Shown one piece after another: positions 40,256 to 56,118 of a DNA stretch of 64,000 nucleotides. The notes below the pieces were generated by a model. That model worked only from the letters and a program-made list of their open reading frames with translations, was not told where the DNA came from and did no database searches. The stretch comes from the human T2T-CHM13v2.0 reference genome, Homo sapiens, in assembly GCF_009914755.1 (NCBI RefSeq), contig NC_060933.1. One strand, written 5' to 3'. How positions within the stretch are numbered: position 1 is the first letter of the stretch; the number at the start of each line of letters is the position of its first letter. The position numbers and the translations under genes were made by a program.

Positions 40256-43201
40256 AAGTCTATGGAAGCCAAAGGAAGGAATGACTGTAGTTTAAAATTG
40301 GGAATGAAAAACGTTAAAGCAAAACATTTTACTTCAGATTTAAATATCAGATTTTAAAAACAAAGAGTTTCCAGGGTAGACAAAGGGGATGAGAAAGAAG
40401 TTATCCCAGAGATGGGAAATAACATTTTCAGTCTGAATCCCTCCTATTTGTACCACGTGTATTTTGGTACTCACAAGCAATGTTAATCCGTGGGAAACAT
40501 AAACTTGAATTATATTCTTGTGCCATATTTTTTGGTAGTTTCTCACGACTGTTCTCTCATAGCCACTCTTTCCTAAGGAGCTGTCTCAGAGCCCTCACCT
40601 TTAGTCCTTCAATGGCTATCCAAGTTACTAAGCTACTTCGTGGTCTTGCCAACCCTTCTAATTCCACAAAGCAGCAGTCAGTTCCCACTCTGGACTCTGG
40701 ACTCTGGACTCATGGCCAATGATGCCTCACCTTGACCACCACACCTAACTCAAGGAGTATGAGACAATTATCCTTCCCACTTTTTCTCAGCTAATTATTC
40801 TTCTGGCTGTAGGATCCCACCCTCTTAGAGTGACAATCGCATTCAGTGGCTTTTTGCAAAGGTGGGCATCTAGCAAATTGACAATTGAAAGGCCACTCCT
40901 ATGGCAAAGAAAAGAGTTTTATGTTTATGGTCTTTTATGGCCTTGTATAATATCATTTTACTTCTCTTACATTTGAAGGAAACTTAGAACAAGTAGTCAA
41001 ACTTTAAAACAAAACTTACTAACATCAAAAATGGTGCTTCTGTTACAGAAGCAAACTAACAAGTCCTTAACTTGTTCATATTCCATTTTATGGAGTTTAT
41101 ATGACATTGACTTGAAATGAAGAAAAATCAGTGTTCATGTGTAATATCTTTAAAAGATTTAAAAAATCACTAAAAGTGGAAATAATGTGTATATATTATG
41201 TTATATGCATATATATATATCCATGCACATATATGTATGTATGTACATCATAGACCGAAACTGATAAAATACCACATTTAAAAAATGCTGTTAATAGTAC
41301 CAAAAACATTGTAAATTGGTTTACAGATAGAGACCTTTTTATTGTTAAGAAGATAAAGAGTTATTAAGTGAGGAAAGCCAGTGATTTTCATTTCATTTTA
41401 AAGGTCATATTCTATATAATACTATTTTGAGAGGTGAATTTTGACCATTATGATTTCTTATTTTGATATTTCAGCAACATATTTTATTTCATTCTATTTC
41501 TTATTTCTACTTACAATTTTTCATAGACACAATTTTGAGTCACTGATTTCTCTTATAACGATTTTAGTATTTGTATATTGGCATAGTAATCTCTACTTCG
41601 GACAGTTCTTTGTCTTATTTCTATAAACTAGTTTCTCAAACATGTCTAAGTACCTCCGGAACATTTGGTAAATGATGGATGCGTACAGTTTGAGGTTTTA
41701 AGTTTATTCATATGGCAGCCCTTTATTTTTGGTATCTAGTAAATATACTCATCCAATTTTGAAGTCACAATGTAAAAGTATTAAAATTAATTTACACATA
41801 ACTCCCATCCTTCTATCCACACAAAATACAGAAACAGTACTAGGTAATATGTGGCCGAATTGTAGTAAAATTTCTTCTACGTTAGTACAAGCAGTCCTTT
41901 AAATGCTAAGAATTCAATTCCCCCAGCTCCCTGGTATATTAGTATTTAACACTTGCTATTAATTTTAATGAAAATGATTGAAAGTAATATTCACTAAATG
42001 TTTTGGAAATTTTCCAATCTGTGTTAATACTTAATTGAAATGTGCCTGAGGCACTTAACATATATTAGCCTTACACTGATGGTTGTTTCGTTTTGCATAG
42101 GACTAAGAAAAATTGTAAATAACAGCAATCCCTTTGGGCGAGGAGCCTGGAAATTATAAACCTAAGGTTAATGAAAATGGCCTTTATGTACAAATGTTAC
42201 TGTCAAAGGTAAAAACAATGAGTTATTTGCTAGTTATGAAAAACAAACAAAAAATAAGAAGTGCTCCCATATTCTACTCTTATTTTCTATGTCTTGACCT
42301 TTTACTTCTTTTTTATTTGGAATGCATTCACTCTGTACCAAGTTTTGTTCTCACTTGTAGCACTCTATTTGTATCTAATTTCCATACTTTTGAGTTCAAA
42401 ATATTTATATAGTTTATAACACGCTAAAAACTTTCCTTTTAGGCCTTCTATAATACAGCCATTTCTGAGATTTTTCTGACCAAATGTTATATAAAATGAG
42501 TTGTGATGAATTGTGAATTATGCTTCAGTGACAGAGAATTAACATAAATAGAAGGGTACATATATGCTGAGGATTCTTTTGCATCCATTTAACATTGTGT
42601 GTATAAACAAAATTCAGTTTATTATCGTATCTCATTTGTAAGATATTAGGCAGCGACATGGCTAATTTTTTCTTTTTTAAAAAAGGTCTCTGTCCTCAAT
42701 AATCTTATTGTTAATTGGGTAAATGAGATATATGTACTGAAGCAACTAGGGAATCAGCTAAAGTATTTAAAAGCAGCACAAACCAACTACTTTAAATTAG
42801 AGGCAAACTTTGTTCCTGACTTCTTCTTCATAGCTATGAAAAGAATTGTCTTAATCATTAAGTTTAACAAACCACTGAAAATAGTATTAAAAAATTGAAG
42901 CACAAGAATTCTGCAAGACTTTCTTATTTAGTTCACAAAAGTAGCCTTCCATTCAAATATTAATGTTACCAAAGTCTATTATTATTGTAGACATGTACTA
43001 CTTACTAATTTTATTGGAAGCCTTAGGAATTTTTCTCTAAACGATGCTATACACTCATTTAATTAGAAATGTTTGGGTTCATTTGAGAAATCAAAGCTCT
43101 TGTTAGCACGTCTTTTGTGCAAAGAACAACGGCGTTTATAATAGAATATAAAATTGTATACAAGTCAGTTGAGAAAGTGTCTACAAAGATACATAAACTT
43201 A

Positions 43202-43582
<381 letters not shown>

Positions 43583-43748
43583 CTAAACCTCACCAAACAA
43601 GATCCCTTATTGTTATCTGTCTTCAAGTATTATATTCTTAAGTTTTATTCTTCTGGAAATAATAATGGCACCTTCTTCATCTGAGTGTCTACCACAGTAA
43701 CACCAAACAGTGAACACTAAATTCTTTTTATCTTATCATTGTCTTCTT

Positions 43749-43800
43749 CATAATCATAATCATCACCACCACCACCATCATCATCGTCATCATAGTCATC
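43749..43800. repeat. Imperfect (CAT/CAC)n trinucleotide tract
   Basis: CATAATCATAATCATCACCACCACCACCATCATCATCGTCATCAT. Confidence 0.9.
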
Positions 43801-44516
43801 TTTATTCTCATAAACCTTTCATTTGTTTGTTCATAAGTCTTTCATTTTCAAAGAATTTTCAAATGCTTGTTGAAAAGGGTAACACAACATTTTCAATCAG
43901 ATTATTAATTTTTAAGAGGATAAAGAATAGCCTGAGGTACTTAGAAATACGTAATAATAAAATGTTTCCTGAACTTAAGGTGTTTAAATTTCATAAAAAC
44001 AAGAACTGAAAAACATATGCTTATGGGCTTTCTGATAGGATTTGCAAACATATGGCTTAATTTTCAGTAATTCTTTACCAATACTCCTTGAGGTATATAA
44101 GATTTTTCTCTTCTAAATTTCCTTCTTTAACAAGTCACCTAAGATGAAGGTATACTAATTGAGGTATAATAATATGAAAAGAGTAAAACTCTCCTTATAA
44201 CCTCTTTTTTTAGCCCTCAAATACCCCACTGATCCTGTGTTAGTAAAAAAAATGCTCATGCATAAAAGTACAGTCAAATAAGTACAGTACAAATAAGACA
44301 CTGTGTTAATGTTATATCTTTTAATCTTTACCATTTAGAAAGATAGATGTTATTGTTTTCTATTTATCCAAGGAAATTAAAAAATCAAAAATTTTAAAAA
44401 TCTGGAGCTACATTCCAATTCAAGTTTAGTTTTTAATCCTCTCTAAATCCTCAGTGACCAAAGAATCCAAATGTTAAGCAAAACAAAATTAAAACTAACA
44501 TAAAAATTAAAACGTA

Positions 44517-44835
<319 letters not shown>

Positions 44836-46132
44836 TTAAAGCACAACATAATAAAATCTTGGGCTTTTTAACCTCTTTGCAATGTTTGGATTAAACACAT
44901 AAGATGGAGGTTTAATATGATGACCAAATACATCCATTTCAAAACAGATAAAGAGTTGTCTCTCAGTAATCAAATGTTAATTGAGTACACAAAATCTATA
45001 TAGTAACAGGTGTTTGAGATTCAGTAGTTAGCCATGCAATTTCAATTAAAAGAGGCTACCTAAAATTTCATGATATAGGAAGAAGTGACAAATGTCAATT
45101 TAGTGTCATATCAGAAATAGCAGCAATGGCAACAAATATAGCTTTAAGAAGCATGTGAAATCCTGATGTTCTAAAGCTTCCTTATTTGCTTAAGAATTTA
45201 AACAGTAACCTTTTACTATAATTACTCTTGCTCCAAATTTATGTCCAACATAAAATAAAAACTCTTTTACGTATCATAAGTCATTGACCTATGCCTTTAT
45301 GCATTCACATCTCATGTAAGACGTCCCCCAAACCAATGAGTTACGCAAAATATATTCAGAGATATTGAAGACAAACAACATGGAAATCCTAAGACCTTTG
45401 GGGAACTCACGTTGCAAGCTATCTTGGCTAAGCATCAATGAAAATGATAGTTTTTATCACAACACAAATATAATGTTAATCATTTCATGATATTCAATCT
45501 AATTCTATTTTTATCATATCAATAAATTTAAAATCTAGCTTGAAAGACCAAAAAAATGACTTTTGTTTATACATGAAACAATGACCATCATGTCTGCCGA
45601 CCAAATCAAATCACTTCAAGCTGAAAGGTCAGGCGGTCTTGACAGAGTTGGAGTCAGAAACCTTCAAGTTAAAAATTCACATACCTAATTCTTTCTGTTG
45701 CCCCTGAAAAGTTAAATAAATAAGGTCATAAAGAATTAAAGTAAACATAGTAGTGTCAAACCTTGCTGTCATTTTTAATATGTCATACACAGAAGCTGAA
45801 TCATTAGGTTCTGAAATTGTATTCACTTATAATTCATTTTAGAACCTACTTAATTAATATTCATAAACATCTCTTTCTGTCCTTTGTTTCTAAAATTAAC
45901 ACAATTCTAAAACTGGAACTCTTATGTTTGCCTAAGAGTTTAAATCTGTGTTATTTTAACTTTTGCAAAATCAACAGAACTATGTAACTATCCAAATAAA
46001 CCAAAATCAGTTTTCAACACTTTTATGTAATGAATAAGTGAAAAAAAATTTTAGACAAAAAAATGTATAGGTAATACTTTCAGTTCTTTATTTTAAAGCT
46101 CTGAAACTTGGTATAGTGCTTAGAATTGAGTA

Positions 46133-47004
46133 CGATGGTAGGCAGAATAATGGACCCCTGCAGATGTCCATATTTTAATCCCTGGAACCTATAAATACAT
46201 TATGTTACATAGCAAGGGGAAATTAAGGCTGCAGCTGGAATTAGGTTACTAATCAGATGACCTTAAAATAAGGACCTTATTCTGGTAATAACTAAGGAGA
46301 TTATTCTGACTCAATGTAAAATCAAGGGTCCTTATATATGTGAAAGAGAAAAGCAGGAGAATCAACGTCAAAGTGCTACAGCATAAGAATGACTCCACTA
46401 GCTATTGAGCTGCTATTGAGCTCTTGGATCATCACCATGATCCAAGAAACTGAGCTGCCTCTGGATGCTGGAAAAGTCAAAGAAATAAATTATTCCCTGC
46501 AGCAGCAGTCTCCAGACTTTTTGGCACCAGGGGCAAGATTCATGGAAGACAATTTTTCCACAAATGGGGGATGGGGGGACGGTTTCTGGTAGAAACGTTT
46601 CCACCTCAGATCATCAGCCATTACTTAGATTATTATAAGGAGTGTGCATCCTAGATACCTCACATGTGCAGTTCACAATAGGGTTCGTGCTCCTTTGAGA
46701 ATCTAATGCCGCCACTGATCTGACAGGAGCTAGAGCTCAGGCAGTAATGCTGGCTGGCCTGCCACTCACTTCTTGTATGCGGCCAGGTTCCTAACAGGCC
46801 ACAGATCTGTACCTATCAGTGGCCAGAGTTGGGGACCCCTGCCCTAGAGCCTTCAGAAAAAACATATTCCTGCCATTCCCTCTATTTTAGTCCATTGAGA
46901 CCAATTTCATACTCGCAACATCAAGAACTGTAAGATAAATTTGTGTTATTTTAAGTGACCACGTCGGTGGTAATTTGTTACAGCAGGAAGAAGAAACGAA
47001 TACA
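46133..47004 (+). mobile_element. MLT1D-like solo LTR interrupted by MER1B
   Basis: TGGTAGGCAGAATAATGG...GGTAATTTGTTACAGCAG...AAACGAATACA. Confidence 0.85.
46503..46841 (+). mobile_element. MER1B (hAT-Charlie)
   Basis: TTTTTGGCACCAGGG...GGAAGACAATTTTTCCAC...GTTGGGGACCCCTG; 8-bp TSD CCCTGCAG / CCCTAGAG. Confidence 0.9.
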
Positions 47005-49779
47005 AACACATTTTGTAAATATATTACTAGTAGCAACTGGTTGGTTTATTGATAGCAACACTCCTAATACCTAACACAGTACCTGGCACATTGATGAAAT
47101 AATTATATTTAACTGATTACCAGATTTAACTTTCATAGTAGAAAATTTAACCTCACAGACACAATATATTGAGTTCACACTTTAATTCCTATAAGTCACA
47201 TGTATAGTATGAGGAGTTTGGAATAATAAAAAAAAGAAGACAAGATTTTGTCCTGAATTTTATAGTTTTTTTTTTTTTCATAGAGACAGTAAAGTTTCAC
47301 ATGGAAACAAAACAAACAAATAATATTGCAATGACATATACCTATCTATAACAATGCTGAAGCAATGCTACTGAAATATCACCAAGGTAAGGAAAGCCAG
47401 GACTAATTTTGTGGGAAAAACAGAACATTATTTCAGAAAATCTGTCAGAATTATGAAAGCTTAAATGAAATTTATAATCTTCATTTTTAACAGAAGTCAG
47501 CTAAACACTAATGGCAATTAATAATGCCTTCTAAAATGAACCTTTAAAATTGGTATAGTTATCTATATAATAGAAGTAATATTTTCATGACTGTTAATTA
47601 TGAGGCAAAATTCTCCTTAGAAATATAAGTGGCTTCCTATTTCATAGTCAATCCTGCAATGAAAATGCATGGATTGATAAAAAATAAAATTTTTATTTAT
47701 TAGTTTGTCAGTAATACATATATACACTATATATATATATAGCACTATTTTACTACCCTCAAATAATCTTAATGAAAAAAATAATGCAGTGGAGGAAAGA
47801 GTCAATAGTCAGGAATCATAAAGAAAAATGTTTCCTATCATTCTTTTTCACAACTAACAAAGCAAAATTAAAGTTAATATATTTAATTTGGGGGCAGGGA
47901 AGAGGAGTAAAATTATATTCCTAGCAAAAATAATAGTTGTGATAGAACAGAGATATAATTAGAAACACCAGAATGCATCTTAGCCATTCTGTTGGCCTCA
48001 GACACCTGAATAAAAATAAGACATTAGAAAAGATGAACATATAAACCTCTTACCCTACTATAAATTATAGAAAAAGTGTTGTTTGTTTTTGTGTTGTATT
48101 TAAACAAATCTTAGTCAAACAGTACCTGTGTTGAAATTGGGTAAGGAGCCAAGTTGTGTTTCCTATAGAGTCCTCCAATGTCTTATAGGTCCTATATCAA
48201 ATTTGCTAAAATTCCCCAAGTAAATGAGAAAGCTTTGCCTTTGTCTATTCTAGGTTTCGTCAGTATCCACAAAATGCCATTATTTCTAAGAAAAAGGTCA
48301 AACTAACTGAAAAGAATCCAAATCCATTATGATGGGTTAAATCGATAAAATCGAATGATTATTTATTTAACTCTGAAGTGCTGGCAAGTATAAACTAACT
48401 GAAATTAGGGGAGCAGTTTAAGTGGAGTATGAAGGGAGTGTGAGAAAGTAAAAGCAGATTTTAATATAAAATGATAAATTTCATTTAAGTAATAGACTAC
48501 AAGCCAAGCTTACTCATGAGCATAGATGCAAATGTCAAGGTTTTAGAGAGCTAAATTCATTACATAGGAAATATAGTACACCATGATCAATCCAGGTCAA
48601 TCCAGTAATACAAGGGCGGTTTAATATGTGTGGGTTTTTTAGCTTCTTGGCAAATTAAAGGAGAATACTGTATGATCATCTCAATCTTTATAGAAAATAA
48701 AATTCAATACATTCATTATGAAAGTTTTCACAAAGTGTAAACTAGCAAAAATGAAAAAGAGCTAGAAAAAGTGTTATCTTCCTAAAAGCAGACCTTTTAA
48801 AAACAAAATATGGTAAAGATGTACATTATAATTGCTTCTATTTCACATACTTTTGGAAGTCTTACCATGGTAAAGAAAGGGAAAAAATAAGATTATTAGA
48901 ATTGTAAACAATATAAAAATTATTATTCACAGATGCTGTAATTACTACTTTGAAACATCAAAAGCATTACAGAAAAAAGTGTAGAAATAATAAGTTTAAC
49001 AATATGCCTGAATACATGGCATCAATATACTACAATAAAATTAAATTCTGTGCACCAGTAGGAAACACAGAATATAGTAATCATCATTCATCATCATCAT
49101 CATCATATCTATCATGTATCATTGCTATCAAATGTAAAGCACTTAAGAAATTTCTAAGAAAACATATGTAAATGCTATGTAAAAAATATAAAATTTTATT
49201 GAAATATATTTAAAATGTCTCAAAGGATAGATCACTCTCATGGACTATGAGATCTACAAATTTATATATAGATTCAATATATGAATCAAAGTTAAATATT
49301 TTTAGAAACTGACAAGTTAATTCTGTAATTTATACCTTAAAAAAGGCCCAAAAAGAGACTTACACAAAATATTTTATCTACATGAAAGTTAATCCATGGT
49401 GAAAAAATTAGAACATTGGCTGCCTCATGGAATGGTGCACAAATTGACATGGGGGGAGGCATTAGAGAACTTTCTGGAAGGATGGTGATGTTCTGTAAGT
49501 TGACAGCCATTTGAGTCGTGCAACAGGTGTATGCATATATTAAAACTCATGAAATGGTACACATATGGTTTGTGCATTCACTGCAAATTTTTACCTAGAA
49601 AAGCTTACTTAAATACATATTGAACTCAAATATTAATCTGAAGTATCTGGTGTCAAAAAGTACTGATATCCTCAATTTAGTCAGGGCAATTGAAAATAAG
49701 ATGAATTGATGGATAGAGGGATAGATAGATTGGAGATTGGTGATCAACCAATTAAGTATATATTTTAAGTGATGGTAAG

Positions 49780-50023
49780 TTTCTAGAACTTTGGGAGCTG
49801 GAGATGAGAGGATCTCTTGAGGCCAGGAGTTTGAGATCAGCCTCATAGCAAGACCCCATGGTGACCAAAAAAAAAAAAATAGCTGGACCCAGTGGTGTGC
49901 ACCTGTAGTCCCAGCAACTTGGGAGGCTGAGGCAAGAGGATCACTTGAGTCCAGGAGTTCAAGGCTACAGTGAGCCACTGCAACTCCAGCCTGGATGACA
50001 GAGTGAGACCGTCTCAAAAAAAA
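49780..50023 (+). mobile_element. AluJ, 5'-truncated
   Basis: GGATCACTTGAGTCCAGGAGTTCAAGGCTACAGTGAGC; TSD GATGGTAAG at 49771 and 50024. Confidence 0.9.
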
Positions 50024-50514
50024 GATGGTAAGCTTACAGATTACCAAGAAATCTTACATAACAATCAAGTGAAATGGTATGATCACTTTGAAATACAATA
50101 TAACACGATCTTATAAAATTGAAACCACAAACCCTGTAATTATATGTTTTTGAGGTAAACTTGTACTAATTGTTCTGAATAGTACAAGATACAGCAGAGT
50201 TCCCAGTAGACAAACAACTGAAAATAAGCCACAAAAAGCTACCAGATTTTATTATATTTACATAATGGAATATCTTATAACAGTAACAATAAACACAAAA
50301 CATGCAAACTCATGGACACATTTTAGAAATATATTGAGCAAAAATAATGTAAAATAACTATTCAAGAATAAAATATTGTTTGTATACATTTCACAAAAGC
50401 AAAATAAAGTATTTTAGGGAAACTTTTATATATGATAAAAGCTTATTTTTAAAGGGAGAATGATAAATTCAAACTTCAAATTAAGACACCCCCGACCATG
50501 AGGCAGAAAGATGG

Positions 50515-50938
50515 TGTATTAGTTCATTTTCTGTTCTTTGTAACATAATACCTGAAACTGAGTAATTTTAAAAGGAATTTATTTATTATAGTTCTCGTCT
50601 GGAGGCAGGCAAGACCATAAAGGAGTGCATATAGTGAGAGCTTTCTTGCTGCTGGGATCTCTCTGAAGAGTCCCCAGGTGTCTCAGGGTATCACATGGGA
50701 AAGATGCTGAGCGTGCTCATGTGCTAATTCAGGTCTCTTTTTTCTTATAAAGCCACCAGGTCTCCTTTCATAATAACCCATTCATTCATTAACCCATTAA
50801 CCTATGAATAACCTATCCATGAGGACAAAGCCCTCATAATTCAATCACCGCTTAGAAGGGCCATCTCTCAATACTGCTGCATTGAGAATTAAGTTTTGAA
50901 ATAAATTGTGGTGGGGGACAAATATTCAAACAATACCA
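50515..50938 (-). mobile_element. MST-family (MSTC-like) solo LTR
   Basis: TGTATTAGTTCATTTTCTG...GGGGACAAATATTCAAACAATACCA; perfect 5-bp TSD GATGG. Confidence 0.85.
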
Positions 50939-51052
50939 GATGGAATAGCAACAGACACCTAGCTGATGAAGCAGTGTTTGCTATATCCCAGTTTATTAAT
51001 TGGGTGATAAATTCACAGGTGTCAATTTTACTATTATGGTTCATATCTAGCA

Positions 51053-51074
51053 TAGATAGATAGATAGATAGATA
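51053..51074. repeat. Short (GATA)n microsatellite
   Basis: Read directly. Confidence 0.9.
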
Positions 51075-51289
51075 AAATACACACTCATGCAATACTAGGA
51101 AATAAAATGTAAATTGCAACACCTTACAAAAAATTTGCTTTTAATAATCAAAAATGAAAAGTCCAACAAGAGAGGTGAGGAAATTAAATATCTGAGAACG
51201 ACTCCTACCCTGTGAAAAAGCTGCATGCTTTCCACATATGGTACTGCACTTGCTGCCACTGAAAAGGCATGTTTGATACCTTGCAGAAG

Positions 51290-51495
51290 AGTTTAATATT
51301 CACTTCCTCAATTTATCCTCACAACTCTAGAGGTGGTATTATTTTCCCCACTTTCCCCATATTGCACATGAGAAAACTTATTTTAAGAGAGGCAAAGTGA
51401 TTTACCCACGATTGCCAATCAAGTAAGTGAAGACAGCAGAACTGGAATTCAAAGTTGCCTAACTCTAGAGGCCAAGATTTATCACATTATACCTA
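51290..51495 (-). mobile_element. MIR
   Basis: ATCCTCACAACTCTAGAGGTGGTATTATT...CACATGAGAAAACT...GAACTGGAATTCAAA. Confidence 0.65.
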
Positions 51496-51655
51496 GTAAC
51501 CTCCACAGATTTCCAGGGATCAGTTGTCTCATCCAAATTGGACATATTATAAATTTATTATAGGAATACCTTTTAAGAAAGCCCTCAACATTATGAAGTT
51601 CCAAAGGGATTGAACCAAAACACAGTTAAATTGCACATCTAAAAATTTTATGTAG

Positions 51656-51987
<332 letters not shown>

Positions 51988-52779
51988 AAGAACAGATCTT
52001 TAATACCAATGTACCAAATTGAACAATATGAGATATTGCAAAAGATAATAACATTTAGCTTTTTGTTTTTTTACAGTACTATTTGTAGTTTTCCTCAGAT
52101 AACACTGATGTTTAAAGAATGATCAGTGTCCTCAAGACAAGAATTTAATACTGCTTTAATTTCCAGCAGGTAAGAAATGACCATTCTAGTACATAGGCTC
52201 GTAATTCAGCCTGAAATTGTCGTATCAAAGTGAAACTATCCTTAAAAATAAATGCATTAAGATATAATCATCACAGTTCAAGTACCAATGTTCATCTTTG
52301 TCTTTGGAAATCAGATTTTCTGTAGTTGCAAGGAAATAAAATAGATGCCAAGAATCTAGCCTATTCTAGTTGTAACTTTTAAAAAAATCTTTTATGTCTA
52401 AGAACAGAAATAGATTCTTTGTTCAATTTGTAAATAAACATTGTTTCAGGAAAACATAAATATTAACCTCTTTTATTTTAAACCTCAGCCTACCTTTATA
52501 TGAACTATCTCTTGACTGTTCTCCAAATTTGCTATGAATACCAATGATTCAAAAAATAAGAAAAGTGTGAGTGAAGTCACTTGGTGTATATTCCTGCTTC
52601 CACAAACCACCGTAAATCCTACAGTAGGAAGTGACACAAAACTATCAAGCATCTGGGTTGAAGATAATCCTTCAATCATTTAGAATCATGTATACAGTTT
52701 CAAGTTTACTTGGAAGGAAAATGTAGTGTTCGACCTTAAAAACAGTCAGACCTCTGCTCTTTATTAAAGTCAATGACTT

Positions 52780-53169
52780 CATTGTTTTTGTAATGAGAGA
52801 AACCACTTCCTTCCATCTCAGCTGATGATTTTTTTCTTCACACTTTGTCAAGAAAATAGGGGAAGAAATGAAGACCTTCAGAGTCCCTCCAATAAATCTG
52901 CCTTCCCACTTGTATCTCGTTACATACTACCTGCTCTCCTTTTTAGGTCAAAGACTGAAATGTCCCTGCTTCCTCCTAAGGCCAATCCACTCCATACACA
53001 GGTTTCCATGCTCTTTTTCCAATGTCCTCTTTTGGAGAACTTTAGTCTTCTATTCATGAGCTCTTCCTTCAAGATCATCAATCTGCCCCTCTCCATTGTA
53101 TCATTCTCATCATTTAAAAAACAAAACAAAAGTAAGTTTCCCTTGACTATCCACTCACAAAATGATATT

Positions 53170-53201
<32 letters not shown>

Positions 53202-53935
53202 GCTTAGGTGGTCATTTTAAAGAAAAGTCTTTAAAAAGTTGTTCATAATTGTGGCATCCAGGGTCCATTGTCACACTTTCCAATCTTTCTTTTCACCTGA
53301 ACCACTGAGATCATTTTTTGTCAATGTCACCAACGACCCCTGCGATGACATATCATGGTTGCTTCTATGTTCTCTTCTTACTCAGCCTCTCCACAGTATC
53401 TGACACACTTGATAATCCCCCATTCCTCTTGTAGGATCTTGACATTCACGAAGTATCACACTCCTAGTTTTGTTCTATCTCACGAGACGTACCTTCTAAC
53501 TTTTCGGGCTTTGGCATCTCTAGACAAAATGAAAATATTTGGAAGTTCAGGGCCCCTTCTCTTTTACATTTATATTTACTCCCCAGATTTATCCTACCCT
53601 CTATGTGCTGATGCACAAATTTGCTTATCTACCCTTATCTATTCCTGAGCCTCAAACTCCTGTATCCAAGTGGCAGGATATATCTCCATGTCTATGTCTA
53701 AAAGCATTATCTTGATTTTTTCCCTTGGTCCTCTGCTGCTTATTTGCCACAGAGCAGTCAGATTGATGTTTTAGAATGTGAAATTACATTATGTATTTCC
53801 AGTGCTCAAAACCAATGGCTTGATGTCACATTAGAGTAAGATAAAAACTTCTTACAGTTTACAAGGCAGATCTGGTTCTCAGCTACTTCTCCTACATCAT
53901 TTCCAGCACATTTTTTTCTTCCCTCTGCTCACTAC
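52780..53935 (+). mobile_element. L2 body containing (TTG)11 at 53170-53202
   Basis: TGTCAATGTCACCAACGACC, CAGTATCTGACACACTTGATAATCCC, TATGTGCTGATGCACAAATT. Confidence 0.7.
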
Positions 53936-54184
53936 AATTTTATATCTTTTTCAGATTTGATGAAAAGCAGCACATAATTTTTTAAATTTCTTATACTGAT
54001 ACATTTCACGGATCCTTCAGATTTTCCTTAAAACTGCACATTTTTAATTGCCCATTTTTAATTTTTAATTAATTTGTATTAACTTAATTGCTATATTTTA
54101 TTTTTTTATCGCTCGTAATATTGTTGCAAATTATCATCACTGATTCTTCCAATATTTCTGGAATTTGATGAATGGGGTTCTGTT

Positions 54185-54325
54185 TTCTTTTTTTAAAAAT
54201 TCTTTTTATGGAGAAAAGATCTTATTAGGTTGCCCAGGCTGGTTTCAAGTTCATGGGCTCAAACAATCCTCCTGCCTCTACCTCCCAAAGTGCTGGGATT
54301 ACAGGCGTGAGCCACCACATCCAGC
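54185..54325 (-). mobile_element. FLAM / AluJ left monomer
   Basis: GTTGCCCAGGCTGGTTTCAAGTTCATGGGCTCAAACAATCCTCC; single arm; degenerate TSD ATGAA(T/G)GGG. Confidence 0.88.
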
Positions 54326-55001
54326 ATGAAGGGGATTTTTATTACTACTTTTCATATCATGATTATTTTAGATCAAAGATTAAAATCTTCTGTGGAGACC
54401 ATGCAGACATGTCAGTGAGATAAGTAGATATAGCAGCAGTATGTTCTTCAGGTATCCTGATTTTCATCACCTCTCCAGGATATCTCTGCCATTTTTTTTC
54501 TACTATACATAAAAATTTATGGAAAACTTTATAAGAACTACAGTTTCCAATAATGGGTGAATCCAAATTTTTGTTTTACTGTACCATAAACCAAGATGAT
54601 GTTTATGGCTGCATTTTCTCCTTATAAGAACTAAATGACTGATCAATTACAATAAACATTTTATTTCATAATGATACCTATTTTCCCTCTATCTTGTTTT
54701 GTTTCTATTTGACATTTTGGTAACTGCTGCATTTAATTATATTTATGGCAATCTTTGTAAATACTTTTGCAAGTAAGTGGGATATACACATTTTTAGTAT
54801 ATAAAGTAAACTGCAGGACAGTGTTGGGCTGCTTATCAGCAGCTCTGTTAAAATGGAGCTCATGGTTTTAGTAAATGAAAAGTTCAATGTATACCTACGC
54901 TGTGTGATTTTTTTTAAAAAAACTATTTTAATCTAAAGCTCTGTTAATAGAAAATGGTGTTTTAAGAGGAGAAAATCCCAATGTATTCTGTACTTATTAG
55001 A

Positions 55002-55313
55002 AAGCACTGTTCAATGGAAACATAAAGCAGCCCACATGTATATTTCTAAATATTCTTGTAGCCACATTAAGAAAGTAAAATGGAAAAACTTAATTATATT
55101 AATATATTTTATTTAATCCACCATATCCCAAAAGGTTATCATTTCAACATGTAATTAATATTACATGTTTAATGTGATATTTTACTTTTTCTTCCTAAGT
55201 ATTTTAAATCCTGTGTGTATTTTGCACTTACAGCACACCTGAATTCAGACTAGCTATATTTCAAATACTTAAAAGCCACATCTGGCTAGTGGCTACCATG
55301 TTGGTCAGTGTAG
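55002..55313. mobile_element. MER33-like hAT-Charlie element
   Basis: AGCACTGTTCAATGGAAA...AGCCACATCTGGCTAGTGGCTACCATGTTGGTCAGTGTAG; TATTAGA on both flanks. Confidence 0.8.
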
Positions 55314-56050
55314 TATTAGACAATATCTGTAAGTACATAACAATCTAAGTCATGGGTACATTTAAAAGGATCATAGAGGAAGCAAACCACAGATTACCAT
55401 GATGTGAAATACATGGAAAGTTTAAATAATAAAAACTGAAAACACATGTATTCATTTCCTCTGAATTCTAGTGATTTCACAATATAGCATTTTAAATATT
55501 TTTATTCAAATAAACATGACTTTGTACTTTACCTCCTGCTGCAACAACTTTAAAATGCTGCAAGTAAAAACCAGCTAAAAATTACAAATTGCCATCTAAG
55601 CCTCCCTGCCTTCATGATGATAATTAGTCCTATTTTTGAAGGACCACAGATTATTGCCAAACAATTAGACACATCTCTAGAAAAACTCATCTCTTTCCTT
55701 TCAAAATACATTTTTGGAAGAAGAGAAAAGTAATGTTTTCATTTAGAGTTGAATTTGTGAATCTTCACTTTTACATTGTCTCTAATATTAAATGAGTTGG
55801 TGAAAATTTGTATACATCAGGAGAATTAAATAGAGGAAGAGTTTTGTGCATGTAAACTAGAAAGGCTCAAAAGCAGTGTCTCACAGCGGCATGCCTATAC
55901 TATGACTCCATTGCCTCTTTAAGTGTAGCCTTCTTATTTCTTTTCATCATCCCAATTAATTAACCTATGCCAGAATCTGAAAAGACATTTTATAAAACAA
56001 AACTAAACAAAAAAACAGTAAATTATGCTGGATTTAAATAAATAGTGTAT

Positions 56051-56116
<66 letters not shown>
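56051..56116. repeat. (AC)12(AT)21 compound microsatellite
   Basis: Read directly. Confidence 0.98.

Positions 56117-56118
<2 letters not shown>

Larger units (their letters stand above)
48500..51120 (+). mobile_element. Very old L1M (L1ME/MC-like) fragments interrupted by AluJ and MST
   Basis: TGATCATCTCAATC, TATTATTCACAGATG, GAACTTTCTGGAAGGATGGTGATGTTCTG; boundaries approximate. Confidence 0.6.

Noticed and set aside
43710-44009. Poly-His ORF (99 aa)
   Set aside because: Comes from a (CAT/CAC)n microsatellite; GTG start and no recognisable domain.
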